DNA of 64,000 nucleotides from the human T2T-CHM13v2.0 reference genome, Homo sapiens, in NCBI RefSeq assembly GCF_009914755.1, contig NC_060934.1; one strand, 5' to 3'. How positions within the stretch are numbered: position 1 is the stretch's first letter; the number at the start of each line of letters is the position of its first letter. Both the position numbers and the translations under genes were made by a program. The notes below the pieces were generated by a model. That model did not search any database and had not been told where the DNA came from. It was given only the letters and a program-made list of their open reading frames with translations. Positions 37,586 through 51,964 of this stretch are shown in pieces.

Positions 37586-40500
37586 TCTCCATAGGATAGC
37601 ATCTATTACTATTCCTTGGTATATGTCAGTGTGTCTGATTATTTGATTAAATGTCTTTCATCTCCAGCAAAAGCCTTCACGAGGTTAGAAACTGTGTCTG
37701 TGTTGTTTCCCGTTATCCATCTAGTCCTTCCACAAATATTCCTCGAAGGCTGAATAAAGGATGATAATCTTCTAGAAGAGACTAACTTTGATATTTCTGA
37801 AAGAAGGCATATGCATTGATGGAAAATTGGAGAATTGAAATAGCTTGGATTAAAAATTAAAGGCAGAAAAAAAGCACCTATCAGGCAACACCTAAAGTTC
37901 TTTTTTTGTTTTTAATTGTAATCAATTGTAAGATTAAATCTGTCTTTACGAGACATTGTCCTAAGAGTAGTGATTTTTACTGGCCTTCATAGACTGTCAG
38001 AATCTATCTCCTAAAATTGTTCTGGGAGAGTTATTATGCAAAGGTGACTTTCACCAGTCTTCCTGACATACGAATGTCAATGTAGAAAAGAGGTATTCAA
38101 TTTGGAGGTTTTTGAGTATTAGAGTTTATTCAGTTTATAGTATTTTAGCTTTTGCTGTTTCTTTTTCCTCAGAATGAAAATTATTTCAAAACATTTAACT
38201 CCTAGGCATAAGGGTGTATATATTTATCTGAAACAAAACAATTTTACCAATAAATACAAGCAAAAGAAGGAAAAATTAACAAATAAACCTAGAAGATTAT
38301 GCCTAAGGAAATTATCTTTAATAATTATTTTAGATTAATCTTTGTACCAGGTTTTGTAAATGATTCAGATACAAATTAAATATTGTGCAATTCTTTTTAT
38401 TAGACTTTTTGGACTCCTTTACATAGATATCATCATCCAACTTTGAAAGATTTTAAGTAAATCTTCAATACAGTCTTAAAAATTCACAGAAGAAAAACTT
38501 CATCTTCCAATAAGCATTGAATGAAAAATCCGTCGGCACGGCAAGGCAACATTAGCAGTGACTGTTTCTTGATCCTTTGGCTCAACTCCTATCTCTCTAA
38601 TGTAATGTTTCCCGAGTTGGGTTCTGTAAGGCTTAGAGATTGTCAGCAATTTAAAAAAAGATTGGATCCCTTCTCAGATAAGCCTGGGGATTACCACATA
38701 CCAATTTTCCTTCTTGGAAATTTACATTATATTAAAAACTCTAAGGCATCCTACAATTCTTAGGAAATGTACTAAGGTGAAGTATTACAGCATTAAAGGG
38801 AAAAATCAAGGCACAGAAAACAGAAATAATAGCATTTTTTGTTTATTTGTTTCTCTACCCTTTTCGCAATATCATCTGTACAGTAGACAGTGGATACGTA
38901 TTATGTGGAGGAGATGAGAAAATTGTTAGTGGCAATTAAGAAAATCAGTGCGTGGTGGATAAGGTAAAATCATATAATGGCAGAAAAGGACTCATAACAC
39001 TTCGCCAGTACTTGAAAAGGGGTGGATATAGGTTATTATCAGTATTAAATTTGGGAGAAATCTCATCATCCTCTTTTTTAAATTGAGGTTATGTCACTTG
39101 ATAGTTTTCCAAATTACCATTCATCCCCAATCTTCTAATCTCTTTGACTTTAAAACCTTCCACGTATCTGCCTTATCCTGACTTTTTACAAGAAATATTC
39201 AATGAATATCAAGTTTGTAATAGATACAAAGTAAGACTGTAGGTGAATAAGAATGTAGGGTTTTGCTAAGTGTCTTTAAATGTTTTGTGATGCAATCAAG
39301 GGAAAGTTATATGGACATTTGTTTATGTATAAAATAAAGGCTGTAAAGATCAAATAAGAACTGAAATCAACAAATGTCTTGAACATTTCTCCAAGGAGAA
39401 AAAGAAGAACTTTGGATCTTGCCTAATACTGGGACAATAAATTGCTTAGTAAAATAAGTGAGAGGAATCCCATTCATTGTTATTTGAAATGCTAACCTGG
39501 CGCTCAGGGAGGCGGTTACGATATTTATTTATTTGTCTTTGTGAAATAGAATATTACATTTTCCCAAAATTTTGCTTATGCCAGTTAATCTTAATATCAA
39601 GATGAGTTTTCACCCTCTTGTTGCCAGGAGGCATTTAGCAGTAGCTGTTGAGTTGCACATTGTCTCAATGACACACTGTGTCATCCTTTTGTTATAAGGC
39701 ATTATTTTTATAAAGCAGCATCTTGCTGTCTGCCATGGGAATTGTGGCCATGCATTGGCTTTAAATGTTTCCATACAAATTGGTAACTTGAGCATATTAG
39801 ATATTTTTGTTACTCCCTGAGAGATAAAGCAGCTTATCTCTTAAACTGATACATTACATTATATTTCCAGTGATACACTGAAAACATTAAGAACTCATTA
39901 TACCAGAGTCTTTCTTCATCTAGGACATTCTGCTCCAGTGTTTGTAAGCTTAGCTCCATAAATATCAGTTTGATATTCTTAATGATTGTAAGCATTAATT
40001 TTCTATTTGAAAGCCATCTTTCAGATATCTTCTCTCACATAGAAGATAATTATAAGGCCATCTCAGTGAAGAAGGTTTAAATGTTTTTTTAACTACTATA
40101 ATTAGAAAACGATCCCCATTGCAATAAATCTTTAGAACTCGAATGACTTAACTATTCAATTAACTTCCAAACATGGAAAGTAACCTTCCAGAGGGCAAGA
40201 TCCTCCCTATCATTTTACTCCTGAATCCAATTCCCAAAACAACATCTGGCATCAAGTCAGCCCTCAGCTTGCTAAACGGAGGAATAAATGAAATGTGTGA
40301 AGCACAGTTCTCATTCCCAAGCATTCACGGAGAGGTAATAAAAGCTGAATCTGCTGCTTTTTCTCTCAGAAGGCATATGTCTAGCAAAGGAAACAAGTCA
40401 ACACACAAAAAATATATATGTAGGCATCCAAAATATTCCACATACCAGAAAAAAAGATGAAAAGTGACAGGAAAGTTCAAGGGAACACAAGACATCTGCC

Positions 40501-42239
40501 TGGCAGGGATGGAGACTGCTCAGGAAGAAGACAAAGCTGGAGAGAAGGTGAGATTTTTGGCAGGTGGTGTTATGCAAGGAGGGGTGCTCTCCAGAAAAGG
40601 GAAGCAGAGATGAGAGCATGCAGGAAGGAATTGGAGGAAAAGAATGAAGAATAGAAGGCCTGCCCTTGCCTATCCTGGAGAGAAGACAGGATAGATTAAT
40701 TAGTGCTGGGTCAAGGAGGGCAGTGAATGACAGACAGTACCACTTAACACTTATCCTCCCCTTTCACCATAAATTTGTTGTCTCTCCCGCAATCTTTCTC
40801 ACAAGTAATAACAGGGAATGGCTTGATCAGAAATTGTCTCCTTATTTATTTGCCTCAATGGTAGTATTTATACTGTGGAATCCCCTTTTTTTGGAAATCA
40901 CCTTCATTGATTTCTGTAATGCCATCTTTCCTGGCATATTCCTGCCTTCTCTGGCTCCCTCCCACTCTCAGGCATCACCAAGACTGGTCTCAGCAGCCTG
41001 CCCCCTGGCTCGGCTCTGAACGCCGGTCACTGTCACAGTCAGCCCCTCCTTGTGCCCCCACACTGTTCCTCCCGGCAGCTGACCTTGGAGGACCTCAGGA
41101 TTGGGGAATCAGCATCTCCTCTCCTAACCCTTGCTCTCTAGTTCATCAATCTTTCTATTTTTCTCCCAGTTTTTCAGGATCTCTGCATGTTACAATTATC
41201 TTTGTTTCGTTTTGTTTTTGATCGGCCTTGCTCTTTTATTCCCCACACAGACTCTGTTTGAGCCATCCCTCCCTTTCCATTCTCTCTGCCAACAGCCAAG
41301 TTCCATGTCACCTCACACTTGTACTACTCCAGTCACCTCTGACACCTATTGGGCTCCCTTGTCTATGCTCACCCCCTGACCAGGGTACCCACATAATTCT
41401 ACCAAACAAAAATAGTGTCTTTACTTTCTCTCCTGCCTAGTTATACAACAGAAATCAGCCAGCATTTATGGAGAACCATGGTGGGCTGCACAGAACACTA
41501 GGCAGATGGGGTTATGATGACAGATACGTCCCCTGCTCTAGAGGAATGTTCAGTTTTGTGTGGGTGATAGACTTGCAAACCATTGTACTCACAATGGAAT
41601 ACCTTCTAAAGTGCCTTAACATGTCTCGTATCATTTTCTAGTACTTTCACATCAGCTTATTAATTTTAACCTTGATGGTAAATCCCTCATGCCATTTGTT
41701 AATGATTCAATGACTCTATTTACTTTAAAAACAGAAGTATTTATTTTACACACACCAGCAACTAATATTACAATATTTTATCATTTTACAGATAAGGACA
41801 CTTTTTAAATTTGGATTTCTGAAAATAATTATCTTGTGATTCAGAAAAAAATACATTTTCCTTGGACCATAGGTGTTCTCTAAGTAAATTATACACATAC
41901 ATATACTAACATTTGGTTTAGTTTAGTTCAAAAGATAAAACAAAAATGTCAAACTGAAATGTTTGTTTTCTCAATAAACAGTGTAAAAAGAATCACACTG
42001 TAATCATTGCAGGAAAGACATGTTTACTTCATTTTCAAACTAGTTAAGGATGACCAAATGTATTTTGTAAACTTTGCATGAAATCCCAAGATGCGAATCT
42101 CACGGTTACTCCTTCTTGTAAGAAAGTTCATTCTCCCAGAGGACAAGTATTTTGAGATTCTTCTAACATCCAGAAAGTTCACAGATCCTAACGTATACTT
42201 CAAGTAATTTCTAACACTGGCAATATTTTGATTAACAGT

Positions 42240-42652
42240 TTTTTAACTAAATGTCTGCATTCTTCCCAAATTCATATGCTGAAACCCCTTTCCCAATGTG
42301 ACCATATTTGAAGATGAGACTTTGGAGAGGTAATTAGGGTTATACGAATTTATTGAGGGGGAGACTCATGGTGGGATTAATGCTCTCTTATGAAGAGTCA
42401 TTAATGCCCTCTTACAAAGAGTCATTGTCTCTCCATCTGCATATACCATGTGAGGACACAGCAAGAAGGTCTGTGTCCTCTGCAAGAAGGTCCGTCTGCA
42501 AGTCAGGAAGAGAGCCCTCCCCAGAACCTGACCATGCTGGCTCCCTGATTTCTGACTTCCAGCCTCCAGAATTGTAAGAGAATAAATTTCTGTTGTTTAA
42601 GCCATCCAGTCTATGATATTTAGTTATGGTAGTCTGAAAAGACCAAGATAGC
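42240..42652 (+). mobile_element. MLT1A-like MaLR solo LTR
   Basis: CCCAAATTCATATGCTGAAACCC..GTGAGGACACAGCAAGAAG..GACTTCCAGCCTCCAGAATTGTAAGAGAATAAATTTCTGTTGTTTAAGCCA. Confidence 0.87.
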
Positions 42653-44230
42653 AATTGAATTATATTTGAAAGTCACTCACAAAGTTTTTCAGTTACTGAA
42701 CTTAAATTGTTCACATAGGAAAATGAAAAAAAAAAAAAAGGTTCTACTTTCCAATTAGTATTCACTCTGACATTAGCCTCATTTTGGATTTCAAATTTCT
42801 CCTCTTCCTGAATGTACAGACTTGATCACTGTTTTCCTGAAATAAAGAATTCTCCCTTGAGCTCTGACTCGATGTCCTCCTCTCCATCATCCCCTGCTTC
42901 AGTGAGACAGTATCCCATGGGCATATTTAGTGACCTTTTTAATTTGTTAAGCTGTCATATTTGTTCATCTGTATTAAGTTGGGAACCCTCAGAACACACT
43001 TCTATCACGGTGGATTTATAACACTTAGAGAGTTCTGCTTTATAGATTTTTAAGTATAGAAATTTTCTCACTTTGCCTTAATTTAACATTATGTTAATAC
43101 TTAGGCTACCTTAGTTTATTCGAAAGATAAGACCACATGAAAGTTGGAAAGAAAATTTTTACCGTGGAATATATGTGCTGTAGCTCTTTATACAATACTT
43201 GTGAAGTACTAATATTATAGACAAACACATTGCCAACAGGAAAATTAATGCTTTTATCAAATAAGCTCATTGCTTAAGGTTTTCTTTAGACTATGGAAAA
43301 ATAAGTCAAAATGAAATAAAATGACCCTTGAAGTGATATCTTTTTATTTCATGGAAGAGTAGTTTGCCAGTGTGTGTTCATGCATCTTCATCTTATCAGG
43401 TACAGAGATGCAAATTCAGTTTCATGGTTAGTTTAGCAGGTAATCCCTCCCATCTGTAGGCTTTGCAATGGAGAATACTGATCAGAGGAATCGGATTCTT
43501 TTCCCAGATCTCCAGACTTTTCACTTCAAAGTGCAACGGCTTAATGCAAAGACAACTGCCTCAACAGGTAGATGTTCAGTGATGGAAAACCACCAAATGA
43601 CTCTTTTTATTGTAATACCTTACACTGTATGGGTTACAGAAATTGGGTTAGCTTTCTTAGCTTGCTAGCTAGCTTGCTTGCCAAGATTGGGTTAACTTTT
43701 ACTCTAAACAAGCCTTCAAACCCAAATTTAGCTTTTTTCTTCCAATTTCCTTGCTGTAGTAACTGGTACCATCATCTTCCATTGAACGCCTTCCTCAGCC
43801 CTTTCGCCCTTTATCCAATAAGCCATCAGGACGTTGGTTCTACTTTTGAAAAACTCTCTAATGTGTCTACTTCTGCCCACTCCACTCCTAATTGCAGCCA
43901 ATTCCATCCTTCCATGGGTTCCTGAGATAGACAGCGAATTATTCTCTCATTTCAACAGTGAACCCCTCCTTACTCATTTTCTACACATTCTGGCTGAATG
44001 AACTTACTATTTAAAAAAAAATTTTTTTGAACCACTTCAGCTGCATAAACAATAGATAATGTGGAAAACACTAGTGTACCCATTCCCTAGTTTGAAGGGG
44101 AAAAATAAAAAAACAGACACAGTTGATTTTGCCATGTACCCTTCTCAATTTTTTCCTCCATTCTTCTTTGGAAGAAAACATTCTCCTTAATGTGGTGCTT
44201 ATCAGAATGCTCTTCCAATTAAGCAAATGT

Positions 44231-44537
44231 GGCTGGGTGTGGTGTCTCATGCATGTAACCCCAGCACTTTGGGAGGCTGAGGTGGGTGGATCACTGAAGG
44301 TCAGGAGTTAGAGATCAACCTGACCAACATGGTGAAACCCTGTCTACTAAAAATATAAAAATTAGTTAGGCATGATGGCAGGTGCCTGTAATCTCAGCTA
44401 CTCAGGAGGCTGAGGCAGGGGGATTGCTAGAACCTGGGAGGTGGAGGTTGCAGTGAGCCGAGATTGTGCCACTGCACTACAGCCTGAGTGACAGAGTGAG
44501 ACCCCATGTCAAAACAAAATAAAATAAAACAGAAAAC
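44231..44537 (+). mobile_element. AluS (Sx/Sz-like)
   Basis: Full-length Alu; degenerate TSD AATTAAGCAAATGT / AATTAGGCAAATCT. Confidence 0.92.
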
Positions 44538-44779
44538 AATTAGGCAAATCTGGTCAAGTCTTTGTTGAACTCTTCAGTGTTTGGCCATTGCCTTTGAAAA
44601 ACATCCCCAAACTTTTGCTGTGGGCTGGCATAGCCTTCCACCATCTGACCTCAGCCTGTTGCTCTCTGGCCACATCATGCACCGTTCTCTGTGAAGTCCG
44701 GAGAAGGCTTTTCTCTCTACTTTAGCCCTAATGCCCAGCACAATACTTTAAACATACTAAGCAGTCAATGATTACTTGT

Positions 44780-45250
44780 AAATCCAGTGAGTACACGGAT
44801 CAATGTCAGACGCTGTGTTGAAATACAAACATGAAAATGTTATGGTCCCTGTCCTCTGGGGTCTGTAAGAGGTGGTGAGAGAGGGGAATAGACCTAGGAA
44901 TGGATGTGAAAACAAACAATTTTAACTCAGTGTGAGAAGACCTGTAACAGACGTCTGAATGAGCACAGGTGTGGACCACAAAGGGTGTAATCAGGCCTTC
45001 TGGGTTTGTGGAGAATGAAAGAAGTCTTCACAGACGAGGAGAAGCTTAAAAGATGAATAGGATTTTTCAGGGCACAGAAGCAGGAAAGTATATTTCAGGC
45101 AGAAACAGCAGCCTGTGAAAATGCATAAACCCATGGTACCTGGAGAGAACTGTGAGTATCTGGAGCACAGGATACATCTGGAGGGGTGGTGAGAGGTAAA
45201 GTTGAAGAGCCAGGCAGTGACCAGACCAGGGAGGGCTTTACATGGCAAGC
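44780..45250 (-). mobile_element. L2 LINE fragment
   Basis: TGGTCCCTGTCCTC..CTTAAAAGATGAATAGGATTT..TATTTCAGGCAGAAACAGC..CAGACCAGGGAGGGCTTT. Confidence 0.55.
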
Positions 45251-45975
45251 TGCTGTGTTTGAAAATTCAGCAATTCACACTTGAAACCCAATGTATGACT
45301 TATGTATTGTGCCAAGTAAAGCACTGAATACAAAGATGAGTAAACTGACCCGTCTATCCTTAAAAGCTAGCTCATCCAACCAATGAGGAGATAAATAAAT
45401 CCGCAATGCAATTTTTTTTTACCACTTTCTCTTCAAATACAGTTGTTTCCTGAATGGCTAGATTCTGATGACATTGGGGATTTGTCATTTTTGTAGACAT
45501 TGGATAGTAGTCGTGTTGCCATAAACCAGAGGGCCAGCACGTTACTCTTTCACCTGTCACCGGCACACCCAGGAGGAGTGTTCATGTCAAGTCTTTAGAA
45601 ACCTTCAGCATTGCAAAGCTTATAAAGGATAGCAAAGGCCACTTGAGAGGTATTTGCAACCTTGACTCATGTCAGCTTGTCCTCTTCCTTTTGCGAGATG
45701 GTCTGGGCTGAGTGTGGGGCACCTAAGCTGACCCCTTATCTAAGGCCAGAAATAAGTAGCCACACACTGGAGCTGTTTCAGCCCCTATTTGGTAACAACA
45801 GTAGAGATCACTTTTTTAGCTTAACGAGGGTCATCTTTCTCAATAATGTGTAAATAGTCCTAAGGGTGATTATGTAATAAATATATACCCTTCACATGTT
45901 AGTACATAAAAACCCATTATATCTTTCCTGAGAGAGGATTTAAATAGGCAGGAGAGAATTAATAGTCATACTTAC

Positions 45976-46080
45976 CCGGGTAGAGTTTTTGACAATGGCA
46001 ATGTAAGAAATGCACAGTGTTGAAGATTAGACAATGAACTCTAGAACATTTTGTCTACGCCTCCCCCATACTTCCCATAT
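45976..46080 (-). other. Candidate 105-nt non-coding exon
   Basis: Minus strand: CCTTTTCACAAATTTTAG|ATATGG..CTACCCGG|GTAAGTAT; stop codons in all three frames. Confidence 0.4.
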
Positions 46081-47329
46081 CTAAAATTTGTGAAAAGGTT
46101 AAAATACTATTACATTTTATTTAAATAATTTTAAAAAGTATTATTTTAGTACGATTGAGTGTCTTCTCTAATATAGGCTTGCCCCAGTTTCGTGAAGCTT
46201 TGAGCACTTAGACAAGGTGCACTGTCATGGTCAGGTCAGGTTATCCGGGATAAATCCTACCTTCAGCCATCTTGACTGGTGCACTCACACATTAAACGGG
46301 AGCTGCAGATAAATGTCCATGGAAAGAATTCCTCGCAGCACGATGACCCTTTTTATTCTCTTCTTTAGCAGATAGAAAGTGGAATTTTTAAAAAGTCATC
46401 CTTCAGTTCTGATTGGTCTGAACCAGTTACACAAAAGTGTGTTTGAGATGTGGATTCACGCTGCTCCTCTACAAAAGCTGCATGTTAGGAAACCAGGTTA
46501 TCAATCACAAAAGACCTTGCATGCCTTCCTGCAGTCCCCTTTCAGAAGTGCCTCTTTTCAACCTAAGGAGATCATAGCTTTGCCCCCAAGCCTTTCTGTA
46601 GATGTAAATGTAAAGGTGCTATGGGAAAAATAACCCTAAGATTCTTTTTCCCCCCCGGAAAACAGTAAAATATTGAAGCTGCACTTGGAAGGTCTTTTTC
46701 TCTTGGTTGCACCAGTTAAACTAAGAGGAGATGTAGTGTTGTTATTACTTATCTGTTCTCGGGTTGTCCCACAGTTCTGGTTCTATTGCCTGCCTTTTTT
46801 TTCCATATACCCATTTCTCCCTGTTATCAGTAATCTGCTCTGGGCAAAGTCACAGTAAATTGAGAAGTTAATAAGCCATTTTTTTTTTTGAGAGCACTTC
46901 TTAATGCTTTACTTTGGTTGGATAATCAGATGTTAAGGTTTAATAGAAGTAAAAAGGTTGTTAAGGGAATGGAAAAATAAGTTATTTAATGAAGTAACAT
47001 TAGAAGTAAGGTATTTGGATACCTACAGATTGGTGGCTTGAAAGAAATGTACCTGTTTCTCTCCAAAGTGTGTATGATGTCACTAGAAGTAAGAAGACAT
47101 AGAAAGGAGAAATTTGAAGTCAGAATTGTTGTTTGTAAGCAATGACATCCCTTCTAAATGTTCTACAAAATATTTTATTCAGTCTTACAAAAATTTTTTT
47201 GATAGTTGTTTTAGGTCTCTGACTTGTATTTTGCTTATTGCCTAATTGCAAGTAAATTCTACAGATTGTTATTTATCATTTAGGTATCTATTTTAAAGGA
47301 AGAGTTTATTGTTTCTGTGTTAAAATAAT

Positions 47330-48090
47330 GCACAATGAATAAAAATGAAAAAATAAATAAAATATTTAAAGACTGGAAGAAAAAATATATTCTCATTTTC
47401 AGACAATATAATTATCACATACTAAATCCCTTAAAAATGAAAAAAAAAATAGTTCAGCAGTTGAGCGAGATTGTAGAATATAAAATCAATATATAAAGTC
47501 AGTTGTGTTTCTGAATACACAGTCAGAAAATATAATTGAACATAAAGTTTTCAATAACAGTAGCTTCAAAAGAGCTAAATAAATCAAAAGACATATAAAG
47601 ATTATGTGAAGGATGTTGTGAAAAATGTCATAAAAAATTAAAAGATTTCCAAGAGTACATAAATAAATAATGACAAATACCATGTTCATGGATTGGGGAA
47701 TTCAAAATTAAAAGAAATGAATTCCTCTCAAACCGACTTATAACTCCAATGCAATTTCAGTCAAAATATAATATGATTATCTTATGTGTTTGTGTGTGCA
47801 TGCGTGTGTGTGAGTGCACATGTATACTGACAAAATTTATATGAGAGAACAAAGGAACAGTGATTTTCACACATTCAAGGCAGACAGTTGATGGACTCTT
47901 GATTCGCCAGGTCTAAAGACATAACAAGGAAACATGGAGCCATCCACACAGGGATAAACAAGTTGACCGATGAATCAGAGTTGACTCCTGAAAAAATCCC
48001 ATATATTTATGAAAATTCAACTATGTATTGCCCAGCAGTAAGAATAGGATGGAATTTTCAAAAAAGTGAGTCATGGATATGGCTAGAAGG
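47330..48090 (+). mobile_element. Ancient L1M ORF2 fragment
   Basis: TTTTCAGACAATATAATT..AAAATCAATATATAAAGTCAGTTGTGTTTCT..CCATGTTCATGGATTGG..TCCAATGCAATTTCAGTCAAAAT. Confidence 0.7.
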
Positions 48091-48492
48091 ACTTAGGGCT
48101 TCTTTCAGTCTCTCCCTGTTCTCAGTAATTGCAGTGCTTCCTAAAATAGAGTTGATGAATTTTATGAGGAACACATTATGTCTGTGAAAATAAATGCATT
48201 TTTGAAAATCTCAGTCAAGATGAAATTAACCAAGATATTGAAAGGTATGTGTATCTGGGTCAACAAAATGAAAAAGACCACGGCTGAAATGCTTTTAGAC
48301 TAAGTAAGCTGGATGCTTCCTGGATTTTACTGCAGTTCAGATTTAAAGATACTCGATATGTGTTTTGTATTGATGTATAAAATCAATGTACTTTAACATG
48401 CCATCTCTTTCTGTCTCCGTCTCTATATATGTAGCTACATGTATACATATGTGTCTATATATGTCTGTATATACATGCATCCATATATGCCT

Positions 48493-48524
<32 letters not shown>

Positions 48525-48532
48525 ACACACAC
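48493..48532. repeat. (CA)n microsatellite
   Basis: Read directly, one interruption. Confidence 0.95.
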
Positions 48533-49109
48533 CCTTTTATAAAAACTAAGCCAAATGTGGTATAAATTCCTTTCTTTTCTCAAATAGGGTGAGTTTTTCT
48601 TTCAGTTTGCAGTGTCTTATGTGTTCAAATCATAGGGCATATTGGAAGTACAAAGAGTGAATTGCAATATGAATATGCAACCAGGTCAATGCTCTTTTGT
48701 TATGGTTATTTTGGCCCTCTCACTGACTACAGTATCTCATGGCTCCTGGGCTGGGGGAGAGAAGGAGGAGTATATGGCAAACACAACTGCAATCGGGGAC
48801 AGATTATGAACTAGTAAAGTATCCAAAGTTTTCATGTCAAGGCATAGACCTAATTCTTAAATGTCACATTCTGGCCAGAACCAAGGGACCAATAGGACAT
48901 GTCAGGAGTACTGATAGGAGCGGCACTGCACAAAAGTGAATCGTTTTTCTAAATCCATAGTGTAGCTCTTCTTTAATCCAAAACCGGTCCCAGGAAACTT
49001 TTTTCAAGAAATGGGGTCATGATCAGCCACTATGTAGAATGTTGGGTAATTTTAAGGAAATTACAGAAACTTCAGACAGGGAAGAAAGGCAAAGAAGAGA
49101 AACTAAACA

Positions 49110-49300
49110 TTTAATGATAAACCACCATATTCCAGGGACAGGATTATACTAGGTTTCTTTCATTATTTATCTCATATAATTCTCACAGAGGCTATTAGTA
49201 TTTCCATTTTGAAGCCAGGGAACTGAATATCAGAGCATTTAAATAATTTATTTGTAACAATGCAATTATTAAATGGCAGGGCCAGAATTTACATTGAAGC
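49110..49300 (-). mobile_element. MIR SINE
   Basis: TTATCTCATATAATTCTCAC..TTTCCATTTTGAAG..GGAACTGAATATCAGAG..AAATGGCAGGGCCAGAATTT. Confidence 0.65.
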
Positions 49301-49582
49301 CTTTTTTTTTTTTTTTGATTCCAAAAGCAATTTCTGACACTGTATACCTTTTCCAGTAGAAACTCTTTGGGAATTAAATATTGCTTGAAGGTAAATTAAT
49401 CTGCTGGGAGAGGTGATTTAGGAGTATGTGTCAATAATAAATATACTCATGAGAAAACCATGAACCTGAGGGTAGAGGCATCCAGGAGAGTATATGAGGA
49501 TGGGGAAAACAATCAAGTAACGAACATGTAAGAGACATGTGCTGAGTTGAAGGGAAAGGGTGATGCATTCTGAAGTAGTAAT

Positions 49583-49984
49583 TTTCATGCGTGTCTGTGT
49601 GAAGAGACCACCAAACAGGCTTTGTGTGAGCAACATGGCTGTTTATTTCACCTGGGTGCAGGCGGGCTGAGTCCGAAAAGAGAGTCAGCGAAGGGAGATA
49701 GGGGTGGGGCCGTTTTATAAGATTTGGGTAGGTAAAGGAAAAAGGGGGTTGTTCTCTGGCGGGCAGGAGTGGGGGTCACAAGGTACTCAGTGGGGGAGCT
49801 TGTGAGCCAGGATGAGCCAGGAGAAGGAATTTCACAAGACAATGTCTCAGTTAAGGCAGGAACAGGCCATTTTCACTTCTTTTGTGGTGGAATGTCATCA
49901 GTTAACGCAGGAACCAGGGATCTGGATGTGTACGTGCAGGTCACAGGGAATATGATGGCTTAGCTTGGGCTCAGAGGCCTGACA
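49583..49984 (-). repeat. HERV-H 3' LTR (LTR7)
   Basis: Minus strand TGTCAGGCCTCTGAGCCCAAGC..GCATGAAA; AATAAA at 49642-49647. Confidence 0.96.
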
Positions 49985-51964
49985 TTCCTGTCTTCTTATA
50001 TTAATAAGAAAAATAAAACAAAATAGTGGTAAAGTGTTGGGACAGCGAAAATTTTGGGGGATGGTATGGAGAGATAATGGGCGATGTTTCTCAGGGCTGC
50101 TTCGAGCGGGATTAGGGGTGGCGTGGGAACCTAGAGTGGGAGAGATTAAGATGAAGGAAGATTTTGTGGTAAGGGGTGATATTGTGGATTGTTAGAAGAA
50201 ACATTTGTCATTTAGAATTATTGGTGATGGCATGGATATGGTTTTGTATGAATTGAAAAACTAAATAGAATAAGAGAAGGAGAAAAACAGGTATTAAAGG
50301 TCTAAGAATTGGGACGACTCAGGACATCTGATTAGAGAGTGCCTAAGGAGATTCAGCATAGTCCTGCCAGCAAAGATTATTTATTTACTTCAAGAGTTAA
50401 GAGTGCCAGTTTGGGGATAGCACCAGGAGATATCAGCTGTGATGGCTTGGAGAAACAGTGTAAACCGGCAGTGTAAACAAGAGCAGGGCATGTATGAGTA
50501 GTTGAGAACGGTGAATAGGAGTATGACTAGACAGAAGATAGTAGGGATGACAAGTTTTTTGGGGGCAGAGTCTAAGTTGGTCTGGTGTCTGGAATGAGAC
50601 TGGGGCCTAATAAAAAGAGTGTCTATACAGGAGCTCAAATGGGCTGTACCTTGTATCATTCTGAGGACAGGTCTGACTTCTGAGAAGGGAAAGTGATAAA
50701 AGTATTGTCCAGTCCTTTTTAAATTGGTGGCTGAGCTTGGTGAGGTGTGTTTTTAAAAGACCTTTAGTCCATTCTACTTTTCCTGAAGATGGAGGACCAT
50801 AAGGGATATAAAGGTTTCACTGAATACTAAGAGCCTGAAAAACTGCTTGGCTGATTTGACTAATAAAGGCTGGTCTGTTATCAGACTGTATAGAGTTGGG
50901 AAGGCTAAACTGAGGAATTACGTCTGACAGAAGGGAAGAAATGACTGCAGTGGCCTTCTCAGACCCTGTAGGAAAGGACTCTACCTATCCAGTGAAAGTG
51001 TCTACCTAGACTACGAGGTATTTTAGTTATCTGACTTGGGGCATATTGAGTAAAGCTAATTTGCCAGTCCTGGGTGGGGGCAAATCCTCGAGCTTCATGT
51101 GTAGGGAAGGGAGGGGGCCTGAATAATCCCTGAGGAGTAGTAGAATAGCAGATGGAACACTGAGAAGTTATTTCCTTGAGGATAGATTTCCACCATGGAA
51201 AGGAAATGAAAGGTTCTAAGAGGCGGGCTAGTGGCTTGTGCTATAGCATAGCCTGCCTTTGCTGGTGTGTGGCAATTAGGCCTGATGGAACCGCCATCAA
51301 TAAATCAAGCATGATCAGGATGAGGAACAGGAAAGAAGGAAATATGGGGAAATGGGGTGAATGTCAGGTGGATCAGAGAGATACAGTCATGGGTGTCAGT
51401 TGTGGTATCAGGAATAATGTGGGAGGCCGGATTGAAGTCCGGGCCAGGAACAATGGTAATTGTGGAACTTAACAAAGAGTGAGTACAGCTGAAGGAGCTG
51501 GGGAGCAGAAAGTATATGTGTCAGGTATGAGGAAGAAAATAGATTTTGGAAGTTATGAGACATGTAGAGAGTAAGTTGAGCATAGTTTGTGACTTTGAGG
51601 GCCTCTAAAAGTATTAGGGCGGCAGCAGCCACTGCACGGAGACATGATAGCTAGGCTAAAACAGGTCAAGTTGTTTGCACAGAAAGGCTACAGGGTGTGG
51701 TCCTGGCTCTTGTATAAGAATTCTGACCGCACTAACCATGCCTAGGAAGGAAAGGAGTTGTTGTTTTGTAAGGGATTGAGGTTTGGGAGATTAATCGGAC
51801 ACAATCAGCAGGGAAAGCACATGTGTTTTTATGAGAATTATGCCGAGATAGGTAACAGATGAGGATGAAATTTGGGCTTGACTGAAGTAATGGGGGCTGT
51901 CTGTGAAGCCTTGCGGCAGTACAGCCCAGGTAATTTGCTGAGCCTGATGGGTGTCAGGGTCAGT

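Noticed and set aside
48168-48296. YVYLGQ peptide resembling an RTE-clade LINE RT motif
   Set aside because: Only a six-residue match with no supporting flanking motifs; likely chance (a Dfam search would settle it)
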